64,000 bases of DNA from Epithemia pelagica (Eukaryota > Protista > Bacillariophyta), in the NCBI GenBank assembly GCA_946965045.2, contig OX337241.1:1736001-1800000 (forward strand), written 5' to 3'. Shown in pieces: positions 25,601-34,897 of the stretch (its first letter is position 1; each line of letters opens with the position of its first letter). The position numbers and the translations under genes were made by a program. Below the pieces are notes generated by a model that saw only the letters and a list, made by a program, of their open reading frames with translations, had not been told where the DNA came from and made no database searches.

Positions 25601-26689
25601 GAAGAAAGTGCCTCTCAACAAAAGACGGCCGTTAGGACAAAGTCCATTCAAACTGCCACTGAAGGTTTTAAGAAATATGTTCGAGCGGCAAAGTTCCCTG
25701 AGTCTGGTCCAATCTCCAAGGTTTCCGAAGATCCAACGTTAGAGATGACGTATTATCCACTGTCGGATGACGACGAGCCAGATGTGAAACAAAGAGCCAC
25801 TGCTAGTGGAAAGAAAGGACAGAGATCACCTACAACAGAGGAAGCCGATGGCAAACCACCGGCAATCAACAAGAAAGCAAACAATGAAGCACCTGCAAAA
25901 CCTAAGCAGTGGAACAGAGTCGTTTACACACGAGTCAATGGTAAGCCGACATTAGATGACGCGGACTCAGTCATCTATTCCTTAGGAACTGCTGAAAGTA
26001 TGGATGAAGACAGTGACTGCGCTATGAATCAAGTTGTCCGTGACATAGTCAAAAATCCCGAAAAGGTTGTTGTACTTGAGTCACTTGCAGGAAGTTCTGA
26101 CGAGATTCCCTTAGAAGTTGAGGTAGTGAATGAGTCAAAGGGGGGAGAAAAGAGAAAGACAGTCAGTTCGGATTCCAAACAATCTCGGAAGAAGCAAAAG
26201 ACGAAACAAACTACCATGACTGTAGCGGTACGGACATCGCCACCGAGGCGTGCAAAAGAAAAGTCACGCAATACACCTCCATCGGCAAAGCTAGTGCGTT
26301 CGGATGCAGCCAAAGGAAGTGGAAGTAAGAACAAAGCAAAAAAAACACGTGGAAAGTCAAAAGAAATCACCCAGTCCAAAGAAGACGCCCATAGTTTGGT
26401 CGAGGAAGACACACCCGGTGATCCACATAACGATCATGGAACGGATAAAGACAACAACGATTCCGAAGACGACGAAGAGAGAAATCAAGATGGGCATGAA
26501 GGGGTGGATGTAGAAGAGATCAATGGCGACGAAGGTGATGAATATGATAGTAACAACGAGAATGATGTAGGAGAATCTATGGAGGAGCAGGAAGAAGACT
26601 TTGCCGTTGATGAGGGTGATGAGTGTGACGAGAGTGATGAGCAGGGTGATGAGGAGGGTGATGTGGAGGGTGACGATGAGAACGAGTAA
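22652..26689 (+). CDS. hAT transposase, 1345 aa, with long charged C-terminal extension
   Basis: CPRC..HIKGHH (BED-like), VCHDIW (D1), VNDNTSA (D2), KCDMH (CxxH), NDTRV, dimerisation domain DVMKWWDDNKGDYP..PATNAFQERIFS (catalytic E). Uninterrupted ORF. Confidence 0.92.
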   Translation: MAPPSSPKKKPKPPPKKKQSSSTKKKSAPNKKKPSALEAQQALIEKDFGEDVQATKDVNQMEKDVLPVYTNIPTLFFGTKSSSQYWDWSIHINWIEFEKLVSNNREELESSLYPGYHKIIKLFDSLVAIDEEKTKTLSPPDLRDKFWKMSRRVLICPRCFKNKSQSLSDSVMVCSHDKASNIYQHIKGHHKDLYDTIQAGGSILGPNPKPPPSNQKKLSGFKAPVQPRKQATKELQRLMYEFINDCCLPAVTVEKPQFRALLKYAFDNGSQLKDSRAEAMSRREITQIRVSSYQEFIDVVSDLARKVRAEYRRLCQHEIPFATVCHDIWQARKHDVLGVTIMLCDPRNCVIYRIPIGLAETQGHAAVDVAALTHSLLKAVGFRPSDLCATVNDNTSAAVLAGKYIVGEHASKGKCDMHRAELVLKHATGLIQRYQNKTLIDSFPAFVDAWQVAKEFASYLCSRKAYHRFEKFKSVVSSLGWVVVSIPLPNDTRVGGCVLSMETLLRILYPMKEYASKAVESDPHFITLFNKIDWTLISQFEGILHPLRGVSLSLQTDDPGSGSASLLEIYTCRFLIKHMRTGVVGCLPTNLNYGQQWDASITMKELDEKKRKKVKFEKLEKGPRDLIRRILKEYDSYLTNKDEDGLKAMCANPLLVNVYEEHLVELGAYNEDEVKEIRRLFVEDMVKQFTNKKVSQIGALIAKQGNMAVSNKNTATDTTSTARTVHATASNATTGGKATANNDSDSDSDTYVPLNPFEKIRRSRELKKQARLQLSGTAVMGGQEAEIVAALRKVCTEAFDEYRSMCSKKVEHQWDTVIQNYPTKQLDKDSEKWTDDETNEFLEYCSEHNFLKVGKYFDVMKWWDDNKGDYPYVFVSAIIWLTKPATNAFQERIFSLGTWFSQNKLMSNLLKKHFEMRTMDCLTRELRREIQQRESELEAAKRNKTKGSTLSKYVDKRRLESEKGDGTADKEIEVVEKADETLNEESASQQKTAVRTKSIQTATEGFKKYVRAAKFPESGPISKVSEDPTLEMTYYPLSDDDEPDVKQRATASGKKGQRSPTTEEADGKPPAINKKANNEAPAKPKQWNRVVYTRVNGKPTLDDADSVIYSLGTAESMDEDSDCAMNQVVRDIVKNPEKVVVLESLAGSSDEIPLEVEVVNESKGGEKRKTVSSDSKQSRKKQKTKQTTMTVAVRTSPPRRAKEKSRNTPPSAKLVRSDAAKGSGSKNKAKKTRGKSKEITQSKEDAHSLVEEDTPGDPHNDHGTDKDNNDSEDDEERNQDGHEGVDVEEINGDEGDEYDSNNENDVGESMEEQEEDFAVDEGDECDESDEQGDEEGDVEGDDENE

Positions 26690-26743
26690 AATTGTAGGAG
26701 ACCTACGAAGAAGACATTACATGATACATGATTAGTTTACTAT

Positions 26744-28567
26744 CTATAACTGTTTATAACTACCGTATTTTCGAACGAGTTGTTGGACTCTGTCTTTTAA
26801 TTCGTCACTCATTTCGGATTCGGCAATGATGGATTGCAGCTTGTGTCTATTCTCCGACACTGCACTTTGACTCAATGATCCAAACATTGGGTTAATAGAC
26901 GACCAGTCAGTGGGATGAACCCATGATTCAAGATACTTGGATGTTAAATATCCACCTGTATCCTTCGGTACCCAACCCAAAAATTGGGTCCATCTGATCA
27001 CGTGAATATCAGAAGGAATACCATCCGATCGACCAAATGATGACTCGACAATAATCGCGGCGGTTTTGTATCCGATACCAGTGAGGGTAGACAGTTCTTC
27101 GATCGTGATGTTGGAAGGAATTCGCCCACCATAATGCTTCATAAAGTAGTTTGCTGCATTAATTATTCGTTCGGTGTTCTGGTAATACCGACCCGGTTCC
27201 GAGAACATGGAGCAGATTGCATCAGGTCCGAATTGATCGCTGGCATCGATCACAGCTCTTGAAGACGTGATCCCAAAAGAAAATATACGTGGCATGACTC
27301 GGCTAAGTTGAGAATCCGAAGTGCTTGATGACATACAGATAGTCATGAGGAACATGAAGGCCCTGTCTGCCTGTCGGTCATCTTTTCGAATTGATGCGTC
27401 AATCCATTCTTCCCAATTGTCTCTTGGGGAGATTATTCCCATGGACTTGGCCTTTTCGTGGACAGACAACAGAGCAATAAGGTCGAACTTCCAAATCAAA
27501 GTCTGAATGGGACAGAAAATAGGAAGGTATGGAGGTTTGTCAAATACTTTTTTTAGCATTGGTGGGTCGTGAGGCATAATGCGGCGCTTTTCCTTTGTGC
27601 AATATTGGATTGTTTTTTTGGATCGCGACAACGATTTGAGAAACTTGGACATTTCTTGATTTCGGGCACGAGTTGGATATAAGTGATAAGCCTGTCGATG
27701 GACGGGGTGTGCTTTTCTGGGTGAATGTGAAGGAGATTTCCGCTTCAACAGTGTCTGATTTGGAGAATCTGATGGAGTATCGGTGGGAGTGTTAGATTCA
27801 GACGTTGGATCAGTGGTAGTACAAGTTTCTGGAGACTCGGGGACTGCTTTTTGGGATAGTTTTGTAAGCAGGTTGGAATATTCATCCCTGATACATCGCA
27901 GGTATGGTGAAATGTTTCTTGGTATATACACAGAACATGATGATTTGGATAAAGAAGAACATGGTTCTAGGAAACAGTCGGTGGTCATCTTCTGTGGTGA
28001 TTGCTTGCAATATATAGTTGTGTCCGTGGATAATATCCACGAAAGAGCCATTGACTGAATGGAAGACTGTAGTGGTTGTTCGTTTGCTTGCTCTTGTTCG
28101 ATGGAGGAAAAGCATTCAAGGGACTGTTGATTGTGTACGAGTTTGAAATGTGGTTTGCAATGAACATGAAGGATGATTGTTGTACTACCAGGGGGTTGAT
28201 CAACAAAATGGAAGTGTTGATGTTGCCAGGGACTGGAAATTTCTGTAGTATTGTAGTCTTCCAATATGGTTTGGAGAACGATTGCTGAAATCAATTCAAC
28301 TTGCGCAGAAAATGAAAGCAGATCTACTCGGCAGTCATGAGAGGCAGATCCAGTGGTATTGTGGGTTTGGTAGGAGATATGACCGTCCACTGAGAGTAGC
28401 CAATTGATTGTTGCTTGTTCAATGGATTTCAGCATCTCAATTCTGGATGAGGTATTTGTTGTTGTACCAACGTTGGACCAGATGGCAAATAACTCCAAGT
28501 TGCAATGCATGATGTACATTGGTCTGCAGAAAGATTGGAATTGAAGTGATGGAAGTTCCTTGTTCAT
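26744..28567 (-). CDS. Endonuclease III (Nth)-like HhH-GPD DNA glycosylase/AP lyase, 607 aa, inside hAT element
   Basis: C-terminal domain FLMTICMSSSTSD..YGGRIP..LSTLTGIGYKTAAII (HhH motif with catalytic Lys)..GIPSDIHVIR (catalytic Asp)..LGW..W..IN. No C-terminal 4Fe-4S cysteine motif. ATG at 28567. Confidence 0.85.
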   Translation of the reverse strand: MNKELPSLQFQSFCRPMYIMHCNLELFAIWSNVGTTTNTSSRIEMLKSIEQATINWLLSVDGHISYQTHNTTGSASHDCRVDLLSFSAQVELISAIVLQTILEDYNTTEISSPWQHQHFHFVDQPPGSTTIILHVHCKPHFKLVHNQQSLECFSSIEQEQANEQPLQSSIQSMALSWILSTDTTIYCKQSPQKMTTDCFLEPCSSLSKSSCSVYIPRNISPYLRCIRDEYSNLLTKLSQKAVPESPETCTTTDPTSESNTPTDTPSDSPNQTLLKRKSPSHSPRKAHPVHRQAYHLYPTRARNQEMSKFLKSLSRSKKTIQYCTKEKRRIMPHDPPMLKKVFDKPPYLPIFCPIQTLIWKFDLIALLSVHEKAKSMGIISPRDNWEEWIDASIRKDDRQADRAFMFLMTICMSSSTSDSQLSRVMPRIFSFGITSSRAVIDASDQFGPDAICSMFSEPGRYYQNTERIINAANYFMKHYGGRIPSNITIEELSTLTGIGYKTAAIIVESSFGRSDGIPSDIHVIRWTQFLGWVPKDTGGYLTSKYLESWVHPTDWSSINPMFGSLSQSAVSENRHKLQSIIAESEMSDELKDRVQQLVRKYGSYKQL

Positions 28568-29290
28568 TATTGGTTATTGTGAAGAAGTCAACAGGACAAG
28601 CTGTAGAGGTACAACGACGAATGAACACAGAACACATGACCTCTGGGAGCACGAATTCTGAGCACTGAGTACTGAGCACTACGCACTAATCAACACTGTG
28701 AACTGCATGGGAGCGTAAAAAATTATGATAATTTGGTAATTAATTGGGTAATAGAATGGAAATTTATTCAATTACTCATTGGTGTGGTAATTTAATAATT
28801 CTTAAAAATGAATTCTAGGTGGTGCGTTGAATATTGTTATTGAAACGGACCAATTCCAAGGCAAAGTGTGTGAGAAGGAAATTATGGTAATTTTTATAAA
28901 TTAATTCAAACGGACAAGGAATTGGGAAAATTACAATAATTCAATTCGAAGACAATTGAGTGGATTTGTTAATTCAATAATTATATTCTAAATTATATTA
29001 GGGTTAAATTAATTTTGATATTAAATTAAAGAGAGAATACAAGGAGTAATAAATTATAAAATTCCATTATTAAGTGATTGTGCGGTAATTCACAACCCTG
29101 GTGTCGATACGATGCACATGCACGTTGAGTGGCGCGACTGGAAAGGGAAACTTTCGGTCGCCTCTAAGACATAACATGTGCGACCAGAAGATGTGTATGC
29201 AAACAAAGTCGGGCAACATGCGTCACCATTCACCATTTAGCACAGACGATGAGGAGCGTCACATCATATCTATATTGGAAGACGAACAAG

Positions 29291-30457
29291 ATGTGGTGCT
29301 TGTTTGCGATCATCCCTACCATGGTGTGGGCTTTCACGCCCGGCATGACATCGATTCGATACAAGTCAACTTTGCACATGAGCTCAGCGTTGATTGTACA
29401 AAATAAAGGCGGTGGCCACGGTGAATTGGGTTACCAGCTTGCGAAGAACTTGCTGAACAACCCAAAAATTTCATCCGTGACAATTTTGCAGGATGACAGC
29501 TGCAATGATTCCAAGGAACCATTCAAGTCCTATGCATCCGATTTACCCGATGTCGTTGTGGTCAAGGCTCCTCTAGGCGAAGAAATGCAGGCTGACCAGT
29601 TACAAAGTTATCTCGGAGGCGCCAAATTTGATTATGTTTGGGACAACGCATCCAAGAACGCCGAAGGGAGCGGTAAGGCTGTAATGGAATGCTCCAAGCT
29701 ATGGGGTGTGAAGCTTCTTGTGTACGTGTCATCCGCTGGTATGTACTTGCCCAAGCCGGATGGTCCCTTTCCAATGCCGGAGACGACCCCCATAAAGGAA
29801 AAAGCTGGACAAAATCTCTACGACCAATATGCCATGAGTGCTGGTCTGCCTCTGGTTTCGTTCCGACCACAGTACATATATGGGCCCAAAGCAAACAAAT
29901 ATGATTACCTTGATTGGTATTTTGATCGACTTGTGAGGGATCTACCCCTACCCATCCCAGAAGATGGGACCCAGCTGGTATCATTGACAAATTCAGAGGA
30001 TGTCGCATCGATTCTGGCTTCTCCTCTCAACAATGAAGCGGCCGCGATTGAACAACGCTTTTTCAACTGTGGAACAGATGAACTCGTGTCGTATGGTGAT
30101 CTCGCAATGTTCTGTGCTGAGGCTGCTGGAGTCAACCCGGATGATGTCAAACTCTTCTACTATGATGCTGCTCAGCTTGGAAAAGCACAATTCCCCTTCC
30201 GACCAACGAATTTCTATGTCACCCCGGACATGGTCAAAGAGAAACTGGGATGGCAAGGGCCGACTCACAACCTTGTGGACGACCTCAAATCGTACTTTGA
30301 TTCTTACAAATCACGAGGTGGTCTCGAAAAGAAACTCAGTCTCGTAAAAGATTGGGAAATTGTTGTGGGCAGGTTTACTCCCGCACCAGAAAGTGTCATG
30401 TCTATTTATGACAAATACGATCCTCTTGTGATTGATACATCAGAGGTCTCACAATAG
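29291..30457 (+). CDS. CSP41a: Chloroplast stem-loop binding protein 41a (NAD-dependent epimerase/dehydratase fold)
   Basis: ALIVQNKGGGHGELGYQLAK, YVSSAGMY, FRPQYIYGP, FFNC. Bipartite targeting peptide MWCLFAIIPTMVWA-FTP (ASAFAP-like), so the ATG at 29291 is preferred over the track start. Confidence 0.85.
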   Translation: MWCLFAIIPTMVWAFTPGMTSIRYKSTLHMSSALIVQNKGGGHGELGYQLAKNLLNNPKISSVTILQDDSCNDSKEPFKSYASDLPDVVVVKAPLGEEMQADQLQSYLGGAKFDYVWDNASKNAEGSGKAVMECSKLWGVKLLVYVSSAGMYLPKPDGPFPMPETTPIKEKAGQNLYDQYAMSAGLPLVSFRPQYIYGPKANKYDYLDWYFDRLVRDLPLPIPEDGTQLVSLTNSEDVASILASPLNNEAAAIEQRFFNCGTDELVSYGDLAMFCAEAAGVNPDDVKLFYYDAAQLGKAQFPFRPTNFYVTPDMVKEKLGWQGPTHNLVDDLKSYFDSYKSRGGLEKKLSLVKDWEIVVGRFTPAPESVMSIYDKYDPLVIDTSEVSQ

Positions 30458-31710
30458 ATGTGCGTTGCCTACTGCTCTAATCCCATAATGGATTGTCGAT
30501 CTACGGACGTTGCTCTACAGAGAGGAATGTTTGAATGGCGGGGAAATTCGGTAAGCGAACCAATTCTAGAGAATCTTATTGATCAAACTGTGTCTGGATC
30601 GTAGCTGTCTTTGACTGGCCGCATGCCCAAATATCAACAGAAGTACTATCACGGGACACTCTCGATCGAAGCTATCATGGGACAATCTCGATCGAAGCTT
30701 TGTTGTTCTGTGATTGCACAAGAACAACCGGGTCTGTTCCGACCAAATTCTTCATTTTGGGAACCACGACGTGATGAAAACGCCGCCACAGATCTTTTTC
30801 AGAACACCGCCAATCGGATCAGCTCATCGTTTCCTAGTCACTCGTGCGGAGTCACGAATACGAGTGTGCTTGGAAGAATAGATATTGTTGCGTCCATCTT
30901 TGACTGATTGACGTGTGCCTCTGCTGGATCTGGTCATTCCAAATTCGTCCATGGCAAACTCTTGCGATGTTGCTCCTTCATATTCATCATCTTCGTCTAA
31001 GTGACGAGCCACAGCAAGCGCTTTCTGCTGCTGTTGGGTTCTGTTCGTAGTTTTCTTTCCCATTCTGCTGGAGCTTCGTTATCACTTGTGTGGTAAAAGT
31101 TTTTGTGGGACCATTGGCCGATGCCGATTGTGGTCTTGCACGTTTGATACCAGTGCGTGACTGAAGTCGGTAGTGGGTGCTCGTGCTCGCTGTCATCGGA
31201 CACGACTGACTGTCTGTCTGTCTGTAACCGAAAATGGGACTTCAATTCGGAAGTGAAATCTCGCATTCGAAACCGCTCCAACGTCTAACGGATGCCTTCT
31301 CGAAATGGAAAGAACTGGATGCGCAAGCCGTGCAAAGCTATAAATATACTACGCTATTGAAAAAATATACTTAGAAGGAAAGTGTGAACGAAAGCCGAGC
31401 TGCGACCTAGAACCTATGGTAGAACACGTGTTGGGGCAGTTATACATAGGTGGAGGCTTGGGCGAACTCTTCCCACTTCCCAAGCTTCCCTGCTCGCAAG
31501 CAATCAATGACTCCAGAGTCAAGGTCGGCGCCACAAAATTTTGGGTTTCGGAACCAATGTCTTTTTGATGGATGTGACACTCCCAGCCTTACACATCGTT
31601 TGGAGCCGTTTCAGTTTCAGAGCATATCAATTATCAATACAAGGTTCACGTGAAGAGGACCAGCAGTGAGCAAGCAAAGGCAAAAGATCTTTCACAAGCA
31701 TTAGCAGAAC

Positions 31711-32439
31711 ATGACAGAGGTTGGATCGACCCCCGCATCAGGTTCGATGGGTCCCCTTCGCACGTTGCGACGTGTTTTTTCACATTCAGGGCCAAAAAGT
31801 GGATCGTGGCGTTTTGCTTCGGATGCTCCGACCACTGCATCCAGCATGAGCAAGAAAGCTCAGAACTTCATCATTCATAGCGATCTCAAGCAAAATGAGG
31901 CTTCTTTCAAGCTTCTTGAAATGGAGAATGAAGAAGATGAATCCTCAACAAACGGGAACAGTGACGCAACGATACCGTCTTCAAACTCTTCTTTCTCCTC
32001 GTATGAGCTGAAGAGCTCCATGAAAATCAAGACCCAAGAAGACTCTTTGAATCGAGCATTCAGAGGGAACGCTGTCAACTCCGACGAGCATAGCGGCGGT
32101 ATCCATTTTTCGAAGATAACAGTCCACTACCACGATTATATATTGGGGGACCACCCGGAAGTTTCTGGAGGAGCGCCATTGGCCCTTGGTTGTTGGGAGA
32201 GTTCCGAAGAGCTCATGTTTTCAGAATACGAGACTGAACGCCAGGACCGCTGTCGTCAGTCACCATGGGCCGACAGAGCGGTTATCTCTGCAGTTGCTAG
32301 AGAGCGAATGCTCGTCGCAGCGGGTGTACCATACCGCTCCATTCGTCGTCGGATTACACGGATGAAAATCCAAAAGGACCTTCAATTGAGATCAAAGTTA
32401 CTTGCTGCTCAAAGAACAAGGCAGATAACTGACGTGTGA
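31711..32439 (+). CDS. Hypothetical protein, VxF..V.VHYH..LGD.P..GxP.LALG motif family (member 1)
   Basis: 242-aa ORF with IHFSKITVHYHDYILGDHPEVSGGAPLALGCW..EYETER; the motif is shared with three other ORFs in the window. Confidence 0.7.
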   Translation: MTEVGSTPASGSMGPLRTLRRVFSHSGPKSGSWRFASDAPTTASSMSKKAQNFIIHSDLKQNEASFKLLEMENEEDESSTNGNSDATIPSSNSSFSSYELKSSMKIKTQEDSLNRAFRGNAVNSDEHSGGIHFSKITVHYHDYILGDHPEVSGGAPLALGCWESSEELMFSEYETERQDRCRQSPWADRAVISAVARERMLVAAGVPYRSIRRRITRMKIQKDLQLRSKLLAAQRTRQITDV

Positions 32440-32982
32440 ATCACAAGTGTGACTGTATACTCGTGTCAAAGTGTCTTATTCATGTGCCTTTTTGTTTCGA
32501 TTTTTGTGAAGATGCTCATGCTTTCACGTGGTATTTGTTTATTTGTCCCTCTCATGTAACTGATGTTCTCTGAAGCAATGTTTAAACTACATCTCCCATC
32601 TGCTTTTGATTCTGCTTCAATGTCTGGACTGAGGACAGTCTTTCTCTCGTCTTTTCTTAAAATGTCTCGTCACTTGCAGAATACGATCGCTGCATAATTA
32701 TATTAATTCCTGTTTACTGTTCATGAGTACGGACTTGCGATTGTAGATCTTAGAAACAACCCACAAGAGTCCCTAGCGTAGAGATGTACACCGGTTACGG
32801 CTACGGCTAGCATAAGAAATTGTGTCGCTCCTGGCATAGCAGCTACCCAGTGATCCTCCTGGTGACGCACTGTGGGAATGCGATTCTCAAATTCAGCAAA
32901 TCCATGATTGTGATTGATTGCATGTTACCCAGATCTTCTTGAATTGTCTTGTCGTTGAACGATAGGCTTGCAGGTAAAAGTA

Positions 32983-33618
32983 ATGACTATGAAGGACTTG
33001 CTCAGGGGAATGGTGATTTACAGCGGAAAGAAAACCAGAAATGCAAACTACATGGATCTGAAATCCAGAAATGCGAACTACATGGATCTGAAATCTTTTA
33101 GACAGGCCCCACGGCCCTCACCCCTTTCTCGAGTCGATGCTTCTCATGGTACGGATACAAAAAACCTGAGCCAGCGCGGATCGATGTTAGTACGAACACA
33201 AGAGGAGTCTCTACTATGCAACTATGGTGAAGGAGAAAGCAGGACAAGTAATGTTTCCTTCGCGTCGGTGATGGTTCACTACCACTCCACACGTGTTGGA
33301 GATCATTTGGACTGTGACCGCCCACCCCTTGCTCTCGGTGAGCCTACTGGTGACTCGGAGATCTATGACGATGTGGATCAATACGAGCAACAACGTCCAT
33401 ACACTCCTCGCCATGATCCTCGACTGAACCCCGTCCAGAGATTGGAAGTTCTCCAAAATGAGGGGTACACTGTCAGAGCTATCATTGAGTGCCTAGAAGT
33501 GGCAGAAAAAGAGTATTTTATGGTCCCTGAAGCGAGGACATCCAAAATCTTCCGAGGTCGATCAATGGGGAGAGTCTTTGGCAGACAAAGTCGGCACAGG
33601 TTAATTTGCGGTGCATAG
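32983..33618 (+). CDS. Hypothetical protein, VHYH motif family (member 2)
   Basis: VSFASVMVHYHSTRVGDH..PPLALG..DQYEQQR..RLEVL..GY. Contains a 30-bp tandem duplication at 33035-33094. First ATG at 32983. Confidence 0.7.
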   Translation: MTMKDLLRGMVIYSGKKTRNANYMDLKSRNANYMDLKSFRQAPRPSPLSRVDASHGTDTKNLSQRGSMLVRTQEESLLCNYGEGESRTSNVSFASVMVHYHSTRVGDHLDCDRPPLALGEPTGDSEIYDDVDQYEQQRPYTPRHDPRLNPVQRLEVLQNEGYTVRAIIECLEVAEKEYFMVPEARTSKIFRGRSMGRVFGRQSRHRLICGA

Positions 33619-34254
33619 ACGAAACCATTGAAACGAGACGGTTTCTGGGACTCAGGCATGGTCCGTGAAAAATTGCGCCGTATTCTTTCGAGCAAAGGCC
33701 AGGGCAAAGATTTCCTGGGGCGTCTGTGTTCATGCCAAGAGACTATGATAGCCATCTTTGCTCTCTCTCTGATAGCGACTTTCGCTGTTGCAAACCACAA
33801 GACTTTGTGTCACTTTCCCTTTGGTTGGTAAGGCACGTTCTGATTTCTGATCCTTCATTTGGGAACTCGGCGTCATCTTCTGGTGGTGTGTTTTTGTGAG
33901 ACTTTAATTTTTCGCAAGAAATTTCTTTATCAAGGATTTGGTTGGGATTGGGGTTATGACCCGAATGTTTTGGTTGTATGTTATCCCCATAGTACTTTTA
34001 AAAAACTATCAATAATCACAACCCATCTACCTTTTAATATAAACGTATCGATATTAAACTGACGCTATCCCCTACCCTGAGGACTGGAGGAGTGTTGCAA
34101 TTTGCAATCCTGCCGAAAGCAAAAAAGCTGAAGGTTACCAATTACCAATTGCAAAGGAGAAGGCAAGTGCATCAGCGCCATCCTTCCATTTCCCTCCCGC
34201 TGAAATCGTTCAATCTCTGCATCTCTCCCTGTAATTATCCTGTTTTAAACAAAG

Positions 34255-34897
34255 ATGGGCAGGCCTAGTCTTCCTCCAAGGAAAGCAGCAAAACCCGACA
34301 GAAAACCACGACCACCAAGTCCACCGACGCTTTTAAGCCGCGAGTTCACGGAAGAGGAAATATTGGAATTTCGTGATGCGTTTGCAATGTTTGACCGTGA
34401 TGGATCAGGTGAGTGACTATCTTTGGTCCATTGTCAGTCAGGTCATTCTCGATCACGAACTTCCCCTTGTGGATGTCACTTAATTTTCACTTCTAATTTC
34501 TTACCTCTGGAACCAATCAGGATGCATTGAACGAAGTGAGTTGAAGGACGTGATGGGGGAATTCGGTGACGAACCAACCAAGGAAGAAATTGATGAAATG
34601 ATTTTGCTCGTCGATGAAAATGGTGACGGTGAAATCGATTTCGAAGAATTTCTAACTTTGATGAGATTGCGTATGGGCGAGTCCGGAGAGGACGCCGAAC
34701 AGAACTTACGTGATGTGTTCAATATCTTTGATGCTGATGGATCTGGATTCATTGATCGCCATGAAATGAGACTAATTTGTGCAAAACTGGCACAGGATCT
34801 CACAGAAGATGAGATTGGTCAACTGATTGAAGTTGTCGATCAAGACGGCGATGGGGAGATATCGTTCGAGGAGTTCAAGACCCTTGTCACAGAGTAG
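34255..34897 (+). CDS. Calmodulin/centrin-like four-EF-hand protein; intron 34409-34520
   Basis: Exon 1 MGRPSLPPRK..FTEEEILEFRDAFAMFDRDGSG spliced (GTGAGT..CAG) to the track ORF. EF loops DRDGSGCIERSE, DENGDGEIDFEE, DADGSGFIDRHE, DQDGDGEISFEE. Confidence 0.92.

Larger units (their letters stand above)
22053..29100 (+). mobile_element. hAT DNA transposon (7048 bp) carrying transposase plus a passenger DNA glycosylase gene
   Basis: 16-bp TIR CAGGGTTGTGAATTAC/GTAATTCACAACCCTG. Perfect 8-bp TSD GTGTCGAT (22045-22052 and 29101-29108). AT-rich subterminal regions with many AATTAC/GTAATT motifs at both ends. Confidence 0.96.

Noticed and set aside
30824-31281. Short minus-strand ORFs (79-94 aa)
   Set aside because: Overlapping alternative frames, no recognisable motif, and no splice model I could support.
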